This document shows, piece after piece, positions 7,158 through 15,483 of a DNA stretch of 37,838 bases. How positions within the stretch are numbered: position 1 is the first letter of the stretch; each line of letters opens with the position of its first letter. The stretch spans positions 1 through 37,838 of IMG/VR virus record IMGVR_UViG_3300045988_155539. One strand, written 5' to 3'. Under the pieces are notes generated by a model that was not told where the DNA came from, ran no database searches, and saw only the letters and a program-made list of their open reading frames with translations. The stretch comes from a virus. The translations under genes were made by a program, and so were the position numbers.

Positions 7158-7265
7158 ATATTGTTCAGGGCTCTGACGGACGGGCGAGAAAAAGAAATAG
7201 GAGGAACTCGCTCATCCGCCTGTATCCCCGAAGGTCATCGGGCGGTAACGCCCGTCACGGCCCTG

Positions 7266-7422
7266 AATAGAAGAAAAAACGTGGTTCCGGCGCTCGGACG
7301 GACGCCCGGACGGGGGAATGTCCGGGAGGGAATGTCCGCCAAAAAAACTGAAAGGAAATGTAAACCCAGCCCAGGAAGAGGCCGCCGGGCGGCATCTCAA
7401 ACCGCCCGTCCGAGCGCCGGAA
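7266..7422 (-). terminator. compound hairpin plus U-tract downstream of gene 7428..7793
   Basis: A 17-bp perfect inverted repeat pairs ccgtccgagcgccggaa (7406..7422) with ttccggcgctcggacgg (7285..7301). It encloses smaller hairpins. On the minus strand it is followed by ccacgTTTTTTCTTC. Confidence 0.35.
7383..7422 (-). repeat. 40-nt post-gene hairpin repeat, copy 1
   Basis: cgccgggcggcatctcaaaccgcccgtccgagcgccggaa is identical to 7844..7883. It starts 5 nt after the stop of gene 7428..7793 and contains the hairpin CGGGCGG-N9-CCGCCCG. Confidence 0.8.
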
Positions 7423-7427
7423 AGAAA

Positions 7428-7793
7428 TCAGTATGTCGGATGATCCGGAACTTCCACGCAGCATCCGCTTTCGGCAGGTTCAGAGCGGTTCCCCGTTTCA
7501 ATATCCTCAAGGAAACTCTTGATGGAACCGTCCAGATCAATGTCCTCGATCTGCGCGCGAACCTCGAGAGTATGCAAATATTCGCCCATGTGTCTTTTCT
7601 GCTCACGAAGGAGATCAATAGAGCGGTTTGGGGTAAAGACGAGAGTGCCAGCCTCATGCTTGATGACCATCTTATGCAGACGCTCATAGCGAATCAGCGT
7701 TTCAAGATATTCGCCAAAAAACCGGTCATTGTAGTCAGAGCTGCAAACGAGGTAGGAAACGTCCCCAAGCTTGAGATCAGAAATAAATTTCAT
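7428..7793 (-). CDS. hypothetical protein (121 aa)
   Basis: ATG 7793 has an AAGGTGA SD. Composition is coding-like. I recognise no family. Confidence 0.6.
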   Translation of the reverse strand: MKFISDLKLGDVSYLVCSSDYNDRFFGEYLETLIRYERLHKMVIKHEAGTLVFTPNRSIDLLREQKRHMGEYLHTLEVRAQIEDIDLDGSIKSFLEDIETGNRSEPAESGCCVEVPDHPTY

Positions 7794-7843
7794 ATCATAT
7801 CACCTTAAAATCTGAATTTAGGCTCTTTCCCCTTGCGATACTT

Positions 7844-7883
7844 CGCCGGGCGGCATCTCAAACCGCCCGTCCGAGCGCCGGAA
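7844..7883 (-). repeat. 40-nt post-gene hairpin repeat, copy 2
   Basis: Exact copy of 7383..7422. It starts 8 nt after the stop of gene 7892..8197. Confidence 0.8.
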
Positions 7884-7891
7884 CAGAAAAA

Positions 7892-8197
7892 TCAATAATC
7901 AGGTTCGAGAATCGGAACGCCGTACTGCACAGCACATTCGCGCTCGATCATACAGCCGCGTGCGTCCTCCCAACCCTTGGCGAAATAAACGAGATCCGCA
8001 TCAGCCAAAAGCCGGATAGACTCAGCCAGAAACCAAAGCGGCTTTGCGTCGTGCGGCGCGTTCTTGAAGAAAGAGTCGATAACTTCGACCGGCTCACCGA
8101 TATATTCAGTCGCTTCGCGGATAGCACGCTCACGCGCGCGTTCAATCTCATCGTTGGTCTTGCCGTTCATCGGCTGAGAAATAAAGAGCTTTTTCAT
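7892..8197 (-). CDS. DUF4406-like / nucleoside 2-deoxyribosyltransferase-like protein (101 aa)
   Basis: MKKLFISQPMNGKT... ADLVYFAKGWEDARGCMIERECAVQYGVPI matches the pattern of that family from memory (N-terminal ISGPM-like loop, C-terminal GWE.SRG...E motif). Confidence 0.5.
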   Translation of the reverse strand: MKKLFISQPMNGKTNDEIERARERAIREATEYIGEPVEVIDSFFKNAPHDAKPLWFLAESIRLLADADLVYFAKGWEDARGCMIERECAVQYGVPILEPDY

Positions 8198-8198
8198 G

Positions 8199-8429
8199 TC
8201 ATCTCACCCCAAACCGGAACTTCTGTTCCTTGCCCTTGCAGAACTTCGCCTTCGCGGTATTCAGCGCCTCCTGCATCGCGCCGAACATCGCGTCTACCTG
8301 CTGTTCGGTGTACTCGTAATCGCCGGTTGCGAAGTTGCCGATCAGGCTGATCGCCTTGCACGCTCGTCCCACGCGCGGCTCTGCCACGCGGATAAAGCGC
8401 TCCGCCTTGGTTTCAACTGTCTTTCCCAT
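8199..8429 (-). CDS. hypothetical protein (76 aa)
   Basis: ATG 8429 has a GGAGGAA SD. It is tightly packed between the portal gene and the next gene. Confidence 0.55.
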   Translation of the reverse strand: MGKTVETKAERFIRVAEPRVGRACKAISLIGNFATGDYEYTEQQVDAMFGAMQEALNTAKAKFCKGKEQKFRFGVR

Positions 8430-8431
8430 GT

Positions 8432-10021
8432 TTACATTCCTCCATTATTCATAAGCTGCTGCATGCTTTGCTGCTGCTGCATCCTCTTCGCCGCCTCGAC
8501 AAGCTCCTCCTGATCCTTGACGGAGCCCTCGGGCATCCGCGCCAGAAAATCCGCATTAGACGGCATAACACCCGCCGTCTGCAAGTTGTTGAGCGTCGAG
8601 ATCTGCAAAATGCGGCTCCAGTAGCTCGCCTCGCCGATATGGATGTTGAGGTCGAGCGCCTCGACCGGGAGCGTGCCGAAGTCGTACATCTCGACCCTCG
8701 TCTGTTTCTCGGTCTGCCCGTTCTCGCCCGCCGGAACCTCGTCGGTGATCTTGACCTGCCGCACGCCGTAGTAGGCGTGCATCATGTCGATGAGCACCCG
8801 CTCGTAGTCCTCGACGAACTGGTAATACGCGATCTTGGTCAGTGCGAGCGGCGCGGCGTTCGCGGTCTGCACCGCAACGATGGCCGAGCTGTTCTCCGGG
8901 TTCTTGACGTTGCCGAGCGCAGCGTCATTCGCGCCCGCGCAGTTCTTGAGCGCGTCGGTCATGGTGCTCATAATGCCGGTTGCCTCTGTCGGCAGCGGCA
9001 TCGACCCGGCGACCGCCGTCAGCGCCTCCCTGACGTCGCCCGACACGCCGATATAGGGCGCGTCCGGGTCCCAACCGTTCGGGAACTTCGAACGGTTGTA
9101 CACAAGTTTCGGCATTGCCGTGTTGATGAGCTGCAAGGCGATAGCCGTCCACAGCTTGTTGATTTCGATCTGCGTGTTGATGAGAGGCTTCACCTCCATC
9201 ACGCCGTGATAGCAGTTCTTGCGCGGCTTCCAGCTCATGTACGCCACCGGATACAGCGTCATTCCCGTGGTCACGTCCGGCTCGATGAGAACATCGCCGC
9301 AGCTGCGGCAGTAGTGGACGCACCCGTCCTCGCTCTTCCAGAAGCGCACAAGCTCGGTGCCGAGCGTATCGTTCTCGCTCTGCTCGTCGTCACCCTTGTA
9401 CAGGCCGTCCGAGTCGCCCTCGATGCGCTCCCAGTCCTTACAGCCGAGCCGTTTCGCGTCGCGTCGGATCTCGGTCACAGGTCTGCGGCGGACGACGATG
9501 ATGTACGGCTGCTCCTGAAGGGTCGAGTTCGATGGATTGCCGAAAAGGATGTTGGTGTTCATCACCTGCTCGGCGCGGATCTCGCCCTGCACGCCGCCGA
9601 GGCCGGAGCTTTTGCTTCCGTCAAAGTAGAAATACAGTGCCGCGTCTCCGTCTACGCAGGCATCGCGCAGGATGGAGTGGTGCATGCTCTTGAGCTTTGT
9701 CCGCTCGACAACGCGGTCAATGGACTGCTCGAGGATCTTCGCGGCGTACTCCGCCTGCTCGTCCGGCAGGAACGGCTCAATGTCCTGGTCGACGTCGTTC
9801 GAAACGATCTGCGCAACCTTGTAGTGCACGATAGGGTCGAGTACGTTCATCGTGATCGGCCGCAGCATCTTGGCCTTCAGGCCTTCCCATTGCCGCCCCT
9901 CGACGAAATTCTCGCACTGCTTGACGTCCTCATAGAGGTTCAGACCGTTGTTGAACTGTACACCCTTGTCGTACTCCGCACGCACGCGCGCGGCCGTGAT
10001 CGTCTCAGTATTCGTCTGCAT
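8432..10021 (-). CDS. portal protein
   Basis: 529 aa. ATG 10021 has an AGGAGGA SD. It follows the terminase genes, and its size and position are typical of a portal. Confidence 0.75.
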   Translation of the reverse strand: MQTNTETITAARVRAEYDKGVQFNNGLNLYEDVKQCENFVEGRQWEGLKAKMLRPITMNVLDPIVHYKVAQIVSNDVDQDIEPFLPDEQAEYAAKILEQSIDRVVERTKLKSMHHSILRDACVDGDAALYFYFDGSKSSGLGGVQGEIRAEQVMNTNILFGNPSNSTLQEQPYIIVVRRRPVTEIRRDAKRLGCKDWERIEGDSDGLYKGDDEQSENDTLGTELVRFWKSEDGCVHYCRSCGDVLIEPDVTTGMTLYPVAYMSWKPRKNCYHGVMEVKPLINTQIEINKLWTAIALQLINTAMPKLVYNRSKFPNGWDPDAPYIGVSGDVREALTAVAGSMPLPTEATGIMSTMTDALKNCAGANDAALGNVKNPENSSAIVAVQTANAAPLALTKIAYYQFVEDYERVLIDMMHAYYGVRQVKITDEVPAGENGQTEKQTRVEMYDFGTLPVEALDLNIHIGEASYWSRILQISTLNNLQTAGVMPSNADFLARMPEGSVKDQEELVEAAKRMQQQQSMQQLMNNGGM

Positions 10022-10532
10022 ACAGATCCTCCTGACCGCGTCCCGAGCCGGAGTAGTTGAGGATGTTGGAGATCTCGCGCGATACGCGGCCCTCGGTGGT
10101 CAGACGCGCATAATACTCCTTGTCGTGCTCGCTTTTCCAGTGCTCAGAGGTCTCCTTCTCGCGGATGAGCGCATCTTCGAGTGTGTGCCGGTCGCTTTTC
10201 AGCGTCTCGATCTCGCGTTTCACCGTCGAAAGCTCCTTTGTCGCCCGCTCGTGCTCATCCTTTTCGAGCTGAAGCTCTGCGCGAGCCTCCTGAAGCGAGC
10301 GCCGCAGCGTGCACGCCGCGTTCTCGCCGTCAGTGAGAGAGTTGCGAAGTTTCCGATTGACGCGAAGGAGCTCGTTGCGCTCGTTCTCTATGGATTTCGC
10401 AGTTACTTCCCACGAAACGAGCTGCTCCTCGTTGTCCTCGAGCGTCCGGCGCAGCCTTTGCGCCTTCCGCGCCTGAATGACCGCCTCCGCGCAGGCGGCA
10501 ACAGCGAACGCAACGCTAATACCCAAATACAT
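10005..10532 (-). CDS. membrane-anchored coiled-coil protein (175 aa)
   Basis: ATG 10532 has a GAGGAGGAG SD. There is an N-terminal hydrophobic helix followed by a long heptad-like E/K/R/L-rich region. It overlaps terL and the portal gene by 17 nt each. Confidence 0.55.
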   Translation of the reverse strand: MYLGISVAFAVAACAEAVIQARKAQRLRRTLEDNEEQLVSWEVTAKSIENERNELLRVNRKLRNSLTDGENAACTLRRSLQEARAELQLEKDEHERATKELSTVKREIETLKSDRHTLEDALIREKETSEHWKSEHDKEYYARLTTEGRVSREISNILNYSGSGRGQEDLYADEY

Positions 10533-11841
10533 TTCTGGTCTCCTCCTCTGTGCTTACATAATCCTCGTCCCTTATTTCCGGCAGATCGGCCGGAAGCGGA
10601 CATCCATCACAGAAATACCGGATTGCGTCCGGTCCGTGCGTCAGCTCGTGCGGCTCGGTTGCCGTATCGTTAGGGTTCTTTTCGTTGTGCTGCAAGCCCG
10701 GCAGTGTGCGAATGAGATTCAAGCAGGTATCAAAAATCTGCAATTTCGGTCTAAGCGTACCATCCACATCGGGCACAGGCTGCAGCCGGCGCTTGAGCTC
10801 GTACCATCCGGCCACACGACCGTTGCTCACCTTGGAGAGATACAGACCGTACTCCGCAAACAAGTCGGATACGCTCTTGCCGGTCTCCTGCCGCCTGTTC
10901 CACAGGTCTTTCGGCGCGAACCATGCCGTGATATCCTCGTTACCGTTTGCGTTCAACAGCCGCTTGGCCGCCTCCGGGATGATAAGGTCGGGCTGGTAAA
11001 CCTCACGGTAAACCACCGCATAATCGTTCTCATCCACCGCGATCCAGTACGCCGCCAGCATGTCGAGGCCGTAGTCGATCGCAACATACCGTCTCCACCA
11101 TGCCGGAATCTCAAACGGACGAACAACGTGCAGCTCCCGCTTGAACTCGGTGAAATACTGTCCGACGTAGTAATCCCAGTTGCCCTCACGCAGTGCAATG
11201 TAGATTTCACGCGGCAGGTTCTTCATGCGTTCCTCATACTGTGGGTCTTTGGAAAGCAGAAACGGGTTGTCCTCCAGCTTGGCCGGAATAAACAGCCGCG
11301 TGCCGCCCTCGCAGCGGTGTACCTCCATCGGAGCGCCGATATCGATAAACCGGCTCTTGGCGTTGGTGTGTCCCACGCTGCCGGGGTTGGCGGTGGATTT
11401 GACGTGTCTTGGAAACGGTCTCGTGCCGCGCACGCGAGAGATCATATAGGTGTACATTTTCTCGGTAAAATGCGTCATCTCGTCAAACCGGATCACGTCA
11501 TACTCGGCGGACTGGTACTGCTGCACATCGCCCTCGGTTGCAATGTATCCCATCTCAATGGTTGATTTGCCAACCTTCCAGATGTGCTCGCTCTTGTTGT
11601 AGCTGGCTACATCGACGGGGTACAGCTCCATTGTCTGCGGCACCATCGAGCGTTCCAGCTCCTTGAACGTGCGTCTGAGGATCAGCTGTCTGCTGCCCTG
11701 ATACCGCAGGGCGTACACCAGCGCGTCGAGTGCCTGAATGAAAGTCTTACCGCCTCCGGCTGCACCGCCGTAAAGAACCTCGAAAGCATCCGTGTCCATA
11801 AACAGCTGCTGCTTGGGTGTAATCTGAAAGTCAAGATTCAT
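10516..11841 (-). CDS. terL: terminase large subunit
   Basis: 441 aa with Walker A YGGAAGGGKT near the N-terminus and nuclease-half motifs. It overlaps the end of terS. Confidence 0.9.
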   Translation of the reverse strand: MNLDFQITPKQQLFMDTDAFEVLYGGAAGGGKTFIQALDALVYALRYQGSRQLILRRTFKELERSMVPQTMELYPVDVASYNKSEHIWKVGKSTIEMGYIATEGDVQQYQSAEYDVIRFDEMTHFTEKMYTYMISRVRGTRPFPRHVKSTANPGSVGHTNAKSRFIDIGAPMEVHRCEGGTRLFIPAKLEDNPFLLSKDPQYEERMKNLPREIYIALREGNWDYYVGQYFTEFKRELHVVRPFEIPAWWRRYVAIDYGLDMLAAYWIAVDENDYAVVYREVYQPDLIIPEAAKRLLNANGNEDITAWFAPKDLWNRRQETGKSVSDLFAEYGLYLSKVSNGRVAGWYELKRRLQPVPDVDGTLRPKLQIFDTCLNLIRTLPGLQHNEKNPNDTATEPHELTHGPDAIRYFCDGCPLPADLPEIRDEDYVSTEEETRNVFGY

Positions 11842-12373
11842 CGCTTACCGCCTTTGCCGGGTCAACGAGCGTCAGCTGCAAGTTGATCTCCGGAGCAGCC
11901 TCTTTCTTCTCGTTCAAATGCGCCTCAAGCGCCTCCTGCCGCTCCATCACGTCCTTGAGCGTGCCGGACAGCTCGCGCAGGGTGGTGCCGGTGTAGTTCG
12001 TCATGATCTTGCCGAGCAGCTCGACCTGAGCCGGATCTAAGGCGACGCTTCCGTCCGATGCGGCCTTCCGCAGGATCTTGAGTCCTTCGTCCAGGTCTTT
12101 CATCTCGCTGAGCGTCGCGGCAGCCTTGCGGCCGAGCGAACGGACAACATCGTCCACGACCTTGTTGCACCGCTTGATCTGCGCACGGCGGATCTCGCGC
12201 CGGGCGGCCACGCCGTCCTCGTCTCCCTCGTTCTGCGTATGCACCCAGTCCGCGAGCGTCGATTTCGGAATGCGCAGCCGGCAGGCGGCGTTTGTGATCG
12301 AGACGCCGCTCGCCACGAGCGCAAGCGCCTCCTCTTTGAACTTCTGGTCATACTTGCTTCCGCGCTGCTGCAT
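11831..12373 (-). CDS. terS: terminase small subunit-like HTH protein
   Basis: ATG 12373 has a GGGAGGTGA SD. There is an N-terminal HTH (ALALVASGVSITNAACRLRIPKSTLADWV). It sits immediately upstream of terL and is the first gene after the early-operon terminator. Confidence 0.6.
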   Translation of the reverse strand: MQQRGSKYDQKFKEEALALVASGVSITNAACRLRIPKSTLADWVHTQNEGDEDGVAARREIRRAQIKRCNKVVDDVVRSLGRKAAATLSEMKDLDEGLKILRKAASDGSVALDPAQVELLGKIMTNYTGTTLRELSGTLKDVMERQEALEAHLNEKKEAAPEINLQLTLVDPAKAVSDES

Positions 12374-12414
12374 CCGATCACCTCCCGCTCGTGTTTTGTT
12401 TCTTGTTTGTCTTT

Positions 12415-12447
12415 GCTGAATCTAAGTATAATCGGAAAAATCGGACA
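12415..12447 (+). repeat. 33-bp duplicated element, copy 1 (candidate late promoter/regulator site)
   Basis: gctgaatctaagtataatcggaaaaatcggaca matches 12528..12560 at 32/33. It contains TATAAT (TATACT on the other strand) and tandem TCGGA half-sites 9 nt apart. Confidence 0.7.
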
Positions 12448-12527
12448 GCCCGTAGGCCGCTAACCTCTTTCCTGCGCCGTGCGCAGTTTGAACGAGTGCA
12501 ACGGACCGTCCGTTTTGTCCTGCTTCC

Positions 12528-12560
12528 GCTGAACCTAAGTATAATCGGAAAAATCGGACA
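12528..12560 (+). repeat. 33-bp duplicated element, copy 2
   Basis: gctgaacctaagtataatcggaaaaatcggaca, a direct repeat of copy 1 located 113 bp away. Confidence 0.7.
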
Positions 12561-12585
12561 AAACGGACAACTTTGTTCGCGCAGT

Positions 12586-12625
12586 AAAAAAGCGCCCGGA
12601 CGAGCCTCACGGCGCGCCCAAGCGC
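12586..12625 (-). terminator. Rho-independent terminator after the small serine recombinase gene
   Basis: Minus strand reads gcgcttgggcg-N12-cgtccgggcgc, an 11-bp stem including G-U pairs, followed by TTTTTT. It lies 9 nt after the stop at 12634. Confidence 0.6.
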
Positions 12626-12633
12626 TTGTGTTT

Positions 12634-13224
12634 TCAGTTATTTGGTTTTGCAATGAATTCCCGCTCGTACTCCTTCAGCAGCCTGTCCAGCGTCGGACGG
12701 CTGACACCGTTTTCCCGCGCGAGCGTCGCCTTGCTCTTGTGCCGCGTCACCCAGTCGTGATACACAGCCGCCATGTCCTCGATAACGGTTTTCTTGCGTC
12801 CCTTGTATGCGCCGTTGCGCTTTGCGATAGCGATACCTTCCCTCTGGCGTTCCAGCATGTTCTCACGTTCGAACTGGTTGATCGAGGCGAGGATCGTCAT
12901 CATCAGCCTTCCGTTCGGTGTCGAGGTGTCGATGTTCTCCTTGAGAGAGAAAAGCGTAATGCCGCGCGCCTTCAGGTTCTCAGTCAGCTCAAGCAGATCT
13001 TTCGTGCTGCGACTAATGCGGCTCCAGTCCATGATGTAGATCGTGTCCCCCTCTCGTGCGTAGTCCAGCATCTCCTTGAGCTTCGGCCGGTTCATATCCT
13101 TGCCGCTGATCTTCTCGATGAACCACTTGTCGATGTCATACTTTTCAAGCGCTTCCACCTGCCGCGCCTCGTTCTGTTCCTCGGTCGATACACGCACATA
13201 CGCGAGTTTTGCCCCGTTTGCCAT
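12634..13224 (-). CDS. small serine recombinase (resolvase/invertase family, 196 aa)
   Basis: ATG 13224 has an AAGGAG SD. The N-terminus carries the AYVRVSTEEQ catalytic-Ser motif. Later motifs include DWSRISRS and GRLMMTILASINQFERE..ERQREGI, and there is a C-terminal HTH. Confidence 0.85.
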   Translation of the reverse strand: MANGAKLAYVRVSTEEQNEARQVEALEKYDIDKWFIEKISGKDMNRPKLKEMLDYAREGDTIYIMDWSRISRSTKDLLELTENLKARGITLFSLKENIDTSTPNGRLMMTILASINQFERENMLERQREGIAIAKRNGAYKGRKKTVIEDMAAVYHDWVTRHKSKATLARENGVSRPTLDRLLKEYEREFIAKPNN

Positions 13225-13403
13225 TTTATCCACTCCTTGTTGATGTTTTGTAAAGTTGAACTCTTGACTTTGCTTTACACATGTAAAACAAAGCGAAAAA
13301 CCATGCTATTTTTACGTTTTTCGGTACTCCTGCACACCTGCTCATTAGGGCATGTCCTATTTTTACATCAGAGGGCGCAGCAAAGCGGACGGGTGACACA
13401 TCG

Positions 13404-13769
13404 TCAGTCCATCCGCATATATCGTTCGACCAGCTTCCTCGGTCCGCTCTCATCCGCGTACCCCATCCGCCGGGCGCACTCGCCCCAGCTCTTCCCGTCC
13501 AGGTACCGCAGCCGCAGCGCGCGCCGGGTCATAGAGTCGGAAACGCTGTCGATCCACTGCCGCACCTCGTCCTGCTCGTCCCGGCACTGCGCCTCGATCC
13601 GCCGAAGGCGGTCCCGGGCGTCCTCGAACGGCCGTTCCCCGAACAGGCAGCCGACGCCGTATGAAATTTCCATGCGTTCGCGGTGACGCTTCTCACGAGA
13701 AAACCGCTCACGTTCCTCCTCGAGCTCGAGCAGCAGGCTTTCCACCTGCCGCAGCCGTTCCCTTGTCAT
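13404..13769 (-). CDS. sigma-70 region-4-like transcription regulator (ArpU/RinA/DUF1492-style late activator candidate)
   Basis: The C-terminal RRALRLRYLDGKSWGECARRMGYADESGPRKL is a region-4-type HTH. AGGAGG lies upstream of ATG 13769. It sits just before the recombinase and the late operon. Confidence 0.5.
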   Translation of the reverse strand: MTRERLRQVESLLLELEEERERFSREKRHRERMEISYGVGCLFGERPFEDARDRLRRIEAQCRDEQDEVRQWIDSVSDSMTRRALRLRYLDGKSWGECARRMGYADESGPRKLVERYMRMD

Positions 13770-13970
13770 TTCCGTCCATACCTCCTGCCTCTTCGGTCTC
13801 ACGCTTCCAGCCGCTTACAGTTCTGCGCTCCCGCGCAGTTCCTCCCTTTGAAAAATACGAAAAGTAATGCGATAACAAATAGTTATCATTCGTCCGAATC
13901 TGTCCGAGGAAATGCAAGGGAATTGTTAGACCCCTTACAAGCCAGAAAAGCGGACATTTTCCGCTCTTTC

Positions 13971-14801
13971 TCAGCACCGCCAAACGCTGGCAGGCCGATC
14001 GTAAAGCCGCTTGCGTCGGCGGCGTATGCGCTCCCACGGGTCAGGCGCGGCGCGCTTTCTCTGCCGTGCCCAGTAGGCGTCGAAGGCCTCCCGGTCGACG
14101 ATCACGCCGACCAGATACCGGAATACACCATACTGATTTTCCTTTGCCTCGCTGTCGAGAACCTTGACGCCGGGCGGAATTTCCCCCGCCTCGCTGTCCG
14201 GCAGACGAAGCCGGAGCGGCTCGTTCGGCTTTTTGAGGTTGCGGCTGCAAGAGTACGCGCGCCGCCCCTTGCTGTGCGGCTGATCCAGAAGATACTTTAC
14301 TGTATCCTCGAAAAACTCGGTGTTCTGCCGGAGTGGCCGGACGTCGACCGTGCCATGCGGCCAGCATTCCCCGATGATCTTCGCCATCGTCGAGAGTGCA
14401 CCCGCGCCCTCCATTCCTCGCAGAATGATATGGAAATGCGCGCGCACGCTGCACCCCGGCAGCTCGTGTTCTGCCGGAAACACGATATAAGCATGCTCGA
14501 CGCCGAGCTTCGCAAGTCTGCGCTTCATTTGAGAATTAAACTTTTCGAGGTCCTTGCCCTCGTTCTCCGGCGCTTCCGCATAGGTAAGGCACGTAAACAG
14601 ATCCCGCATCTCGCGGAAATTGCACGCGATAATCTGCATCACATTCCATTTCCGTGAGAGAGCATTGCATCTCTTTTTCGCCTCGCTTGTCTGTTTCTTG
14701 CGCTCGCCGCGCTGTCGCGGACTCTCCCCCGGCACAAAGCCGATGGAATAAAGCGACATCTGATAAAGATTGCCGTTTGCTTCTTCTTTCTGATAGATCA
14801 T
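13971..14801 (-). CDS. HUH-superfamily rolling-circle replication initiator-like protein
   Basis: ATG 14801 has a GGAGGAAAAC SD. Three motifs appear in the canonical order: FTCLTY (motif 1), RAHFHIIL (HUH) and VKYLLDQPHSK (Tyr motif). Confidence 0.6.
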   Translation of the reverse strand: MIYQKEEANGNLYQMSLYSIGFVPGESPRQRGERKKQTSEAKKRCNALSRKWNVMQIIACNFREMRDLFTCLTYAEAPENEGKDLEKFNSQMKRRLAKLGVEHAYIVFPAEHELPGCSVRAHFHIILRGMEGAGALSTMAKIIGECWPHGTVDVRPLRQNTEFFEDTVKYLLDQPHSKGRRAYSCSRNLKKPNEPLRLRLPDSEAGEIPPGVKVLDSEAKENQYGVFRYLVGVIVDREAFDAYWARQRKRAAPDPWERIRRRRKRLYDRPASVWRC

Positions 14802-14864
14802 GTTTTCCTCCGGCGGCCGGCTCATGCACCCGCACCGCTGCATATACAGGGATAAGCCAGCCCC

Positions 14865-15131
14865 TTACAGGCTGGCTTTCCTGTTGTTCCTTTTCCGTTT
14901 CCAGACTCTGCGCGCCTCGGCCATAAAAGCCTTGCGGCAAACAGCCTCCGAAGCGCCGAAAACAAATGTAAGCCGCACCGCCGTCATGCAGTTGACAAGT
15001 TCTGCGGCCTCGAGGCCGTTTTCGGCAGCATTTCGGATGAAGCCGCGCACCTCCGCACCCGGATGCACGCCAAAAGAGCGCCGGTAGTGCGGAATGACAA
15101 GGCGCGCCGTCTCAGCAGGAGCGCGCGCCAT
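14865..15131 (-). CDS. hypothetical protein (88 aa)
   Basis: ATG 15131 (MARAPAETARL...) has a GGAAGGGGAAAG SD. The upstream part of the ORF-track frame looks non-coding. Confidence 0.45.
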   Translation of the reverse strand: MARAPAETARLVIPHYRRSFGVHPGAEVRGFIRNAAENGLEAAELVNCMTAVRLTFVFGASEAVCRKAFMAEARRVWKRKRNNRKASL

Positions 15132-15483
15132 CTCTTTCCCCTTCCACAAGATCAAAGATCGTGTTTTCATCCAGATCCCGAAGCTCAAGCTGTCCGTCCA
15201 CGACGCGCAGCTTGAGCATATCCGCGACCTCGCCGTTAGACTTGCTTTTCTGGGTGACAGCCGAGGAGACGTTGTAATCAAAATGCGTTTTGTTGGTGTC
15301 GTGATAAACTCCATCCTCGTCCTGTTCGCCGACAGTCCAGAGCTCGACGTTGAGCTTGAGTGTCACCGAGCCCGCGCTCAGGCCCTGGCGGAGCAGGGAG
15401 TTCAGCATGTCATGCAGTTTGAGATCAAAGAGCTCGACCGCGTCGTTAAAAATCTCGCCGCGCAGACTCAGATCATGCTTCAT
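15112..15483 (-). CDS. hypothetical protein (123 aa)
   Basis: ATG 15483 lies 7 nt after GGAAGGAG. Composition is coding-like. Confidence 0.55.
   Translation of the reverse strand: MKHDLSLRGEIFNDAVELFDLKLHDMLNSLLRQGLSAGSVTLKLNVELWTVGEQDEDGVYHDTNKTHFDYNVSSAVTQKSKSNGEVADMLKLRVVDGQLELRDLDENTIFDLVEGERDGARSC

Noticed and set aside
12415-12560. CRISPR-like array.
   Set aside because: There are only two repeat copies, an ~80-nt unique interval and no cas genes.
12634-13224. Small serine recombinase as a Gin/Cin-like invertase of the fibre cassettes.
   Set aside because: It lies about 11 kb from the cassettes. I could not find gix-like 26-bp inverted sites at the cassette borders. The tyrosine recombinase lies 44 nt from site S2. 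This is not formally excluded.
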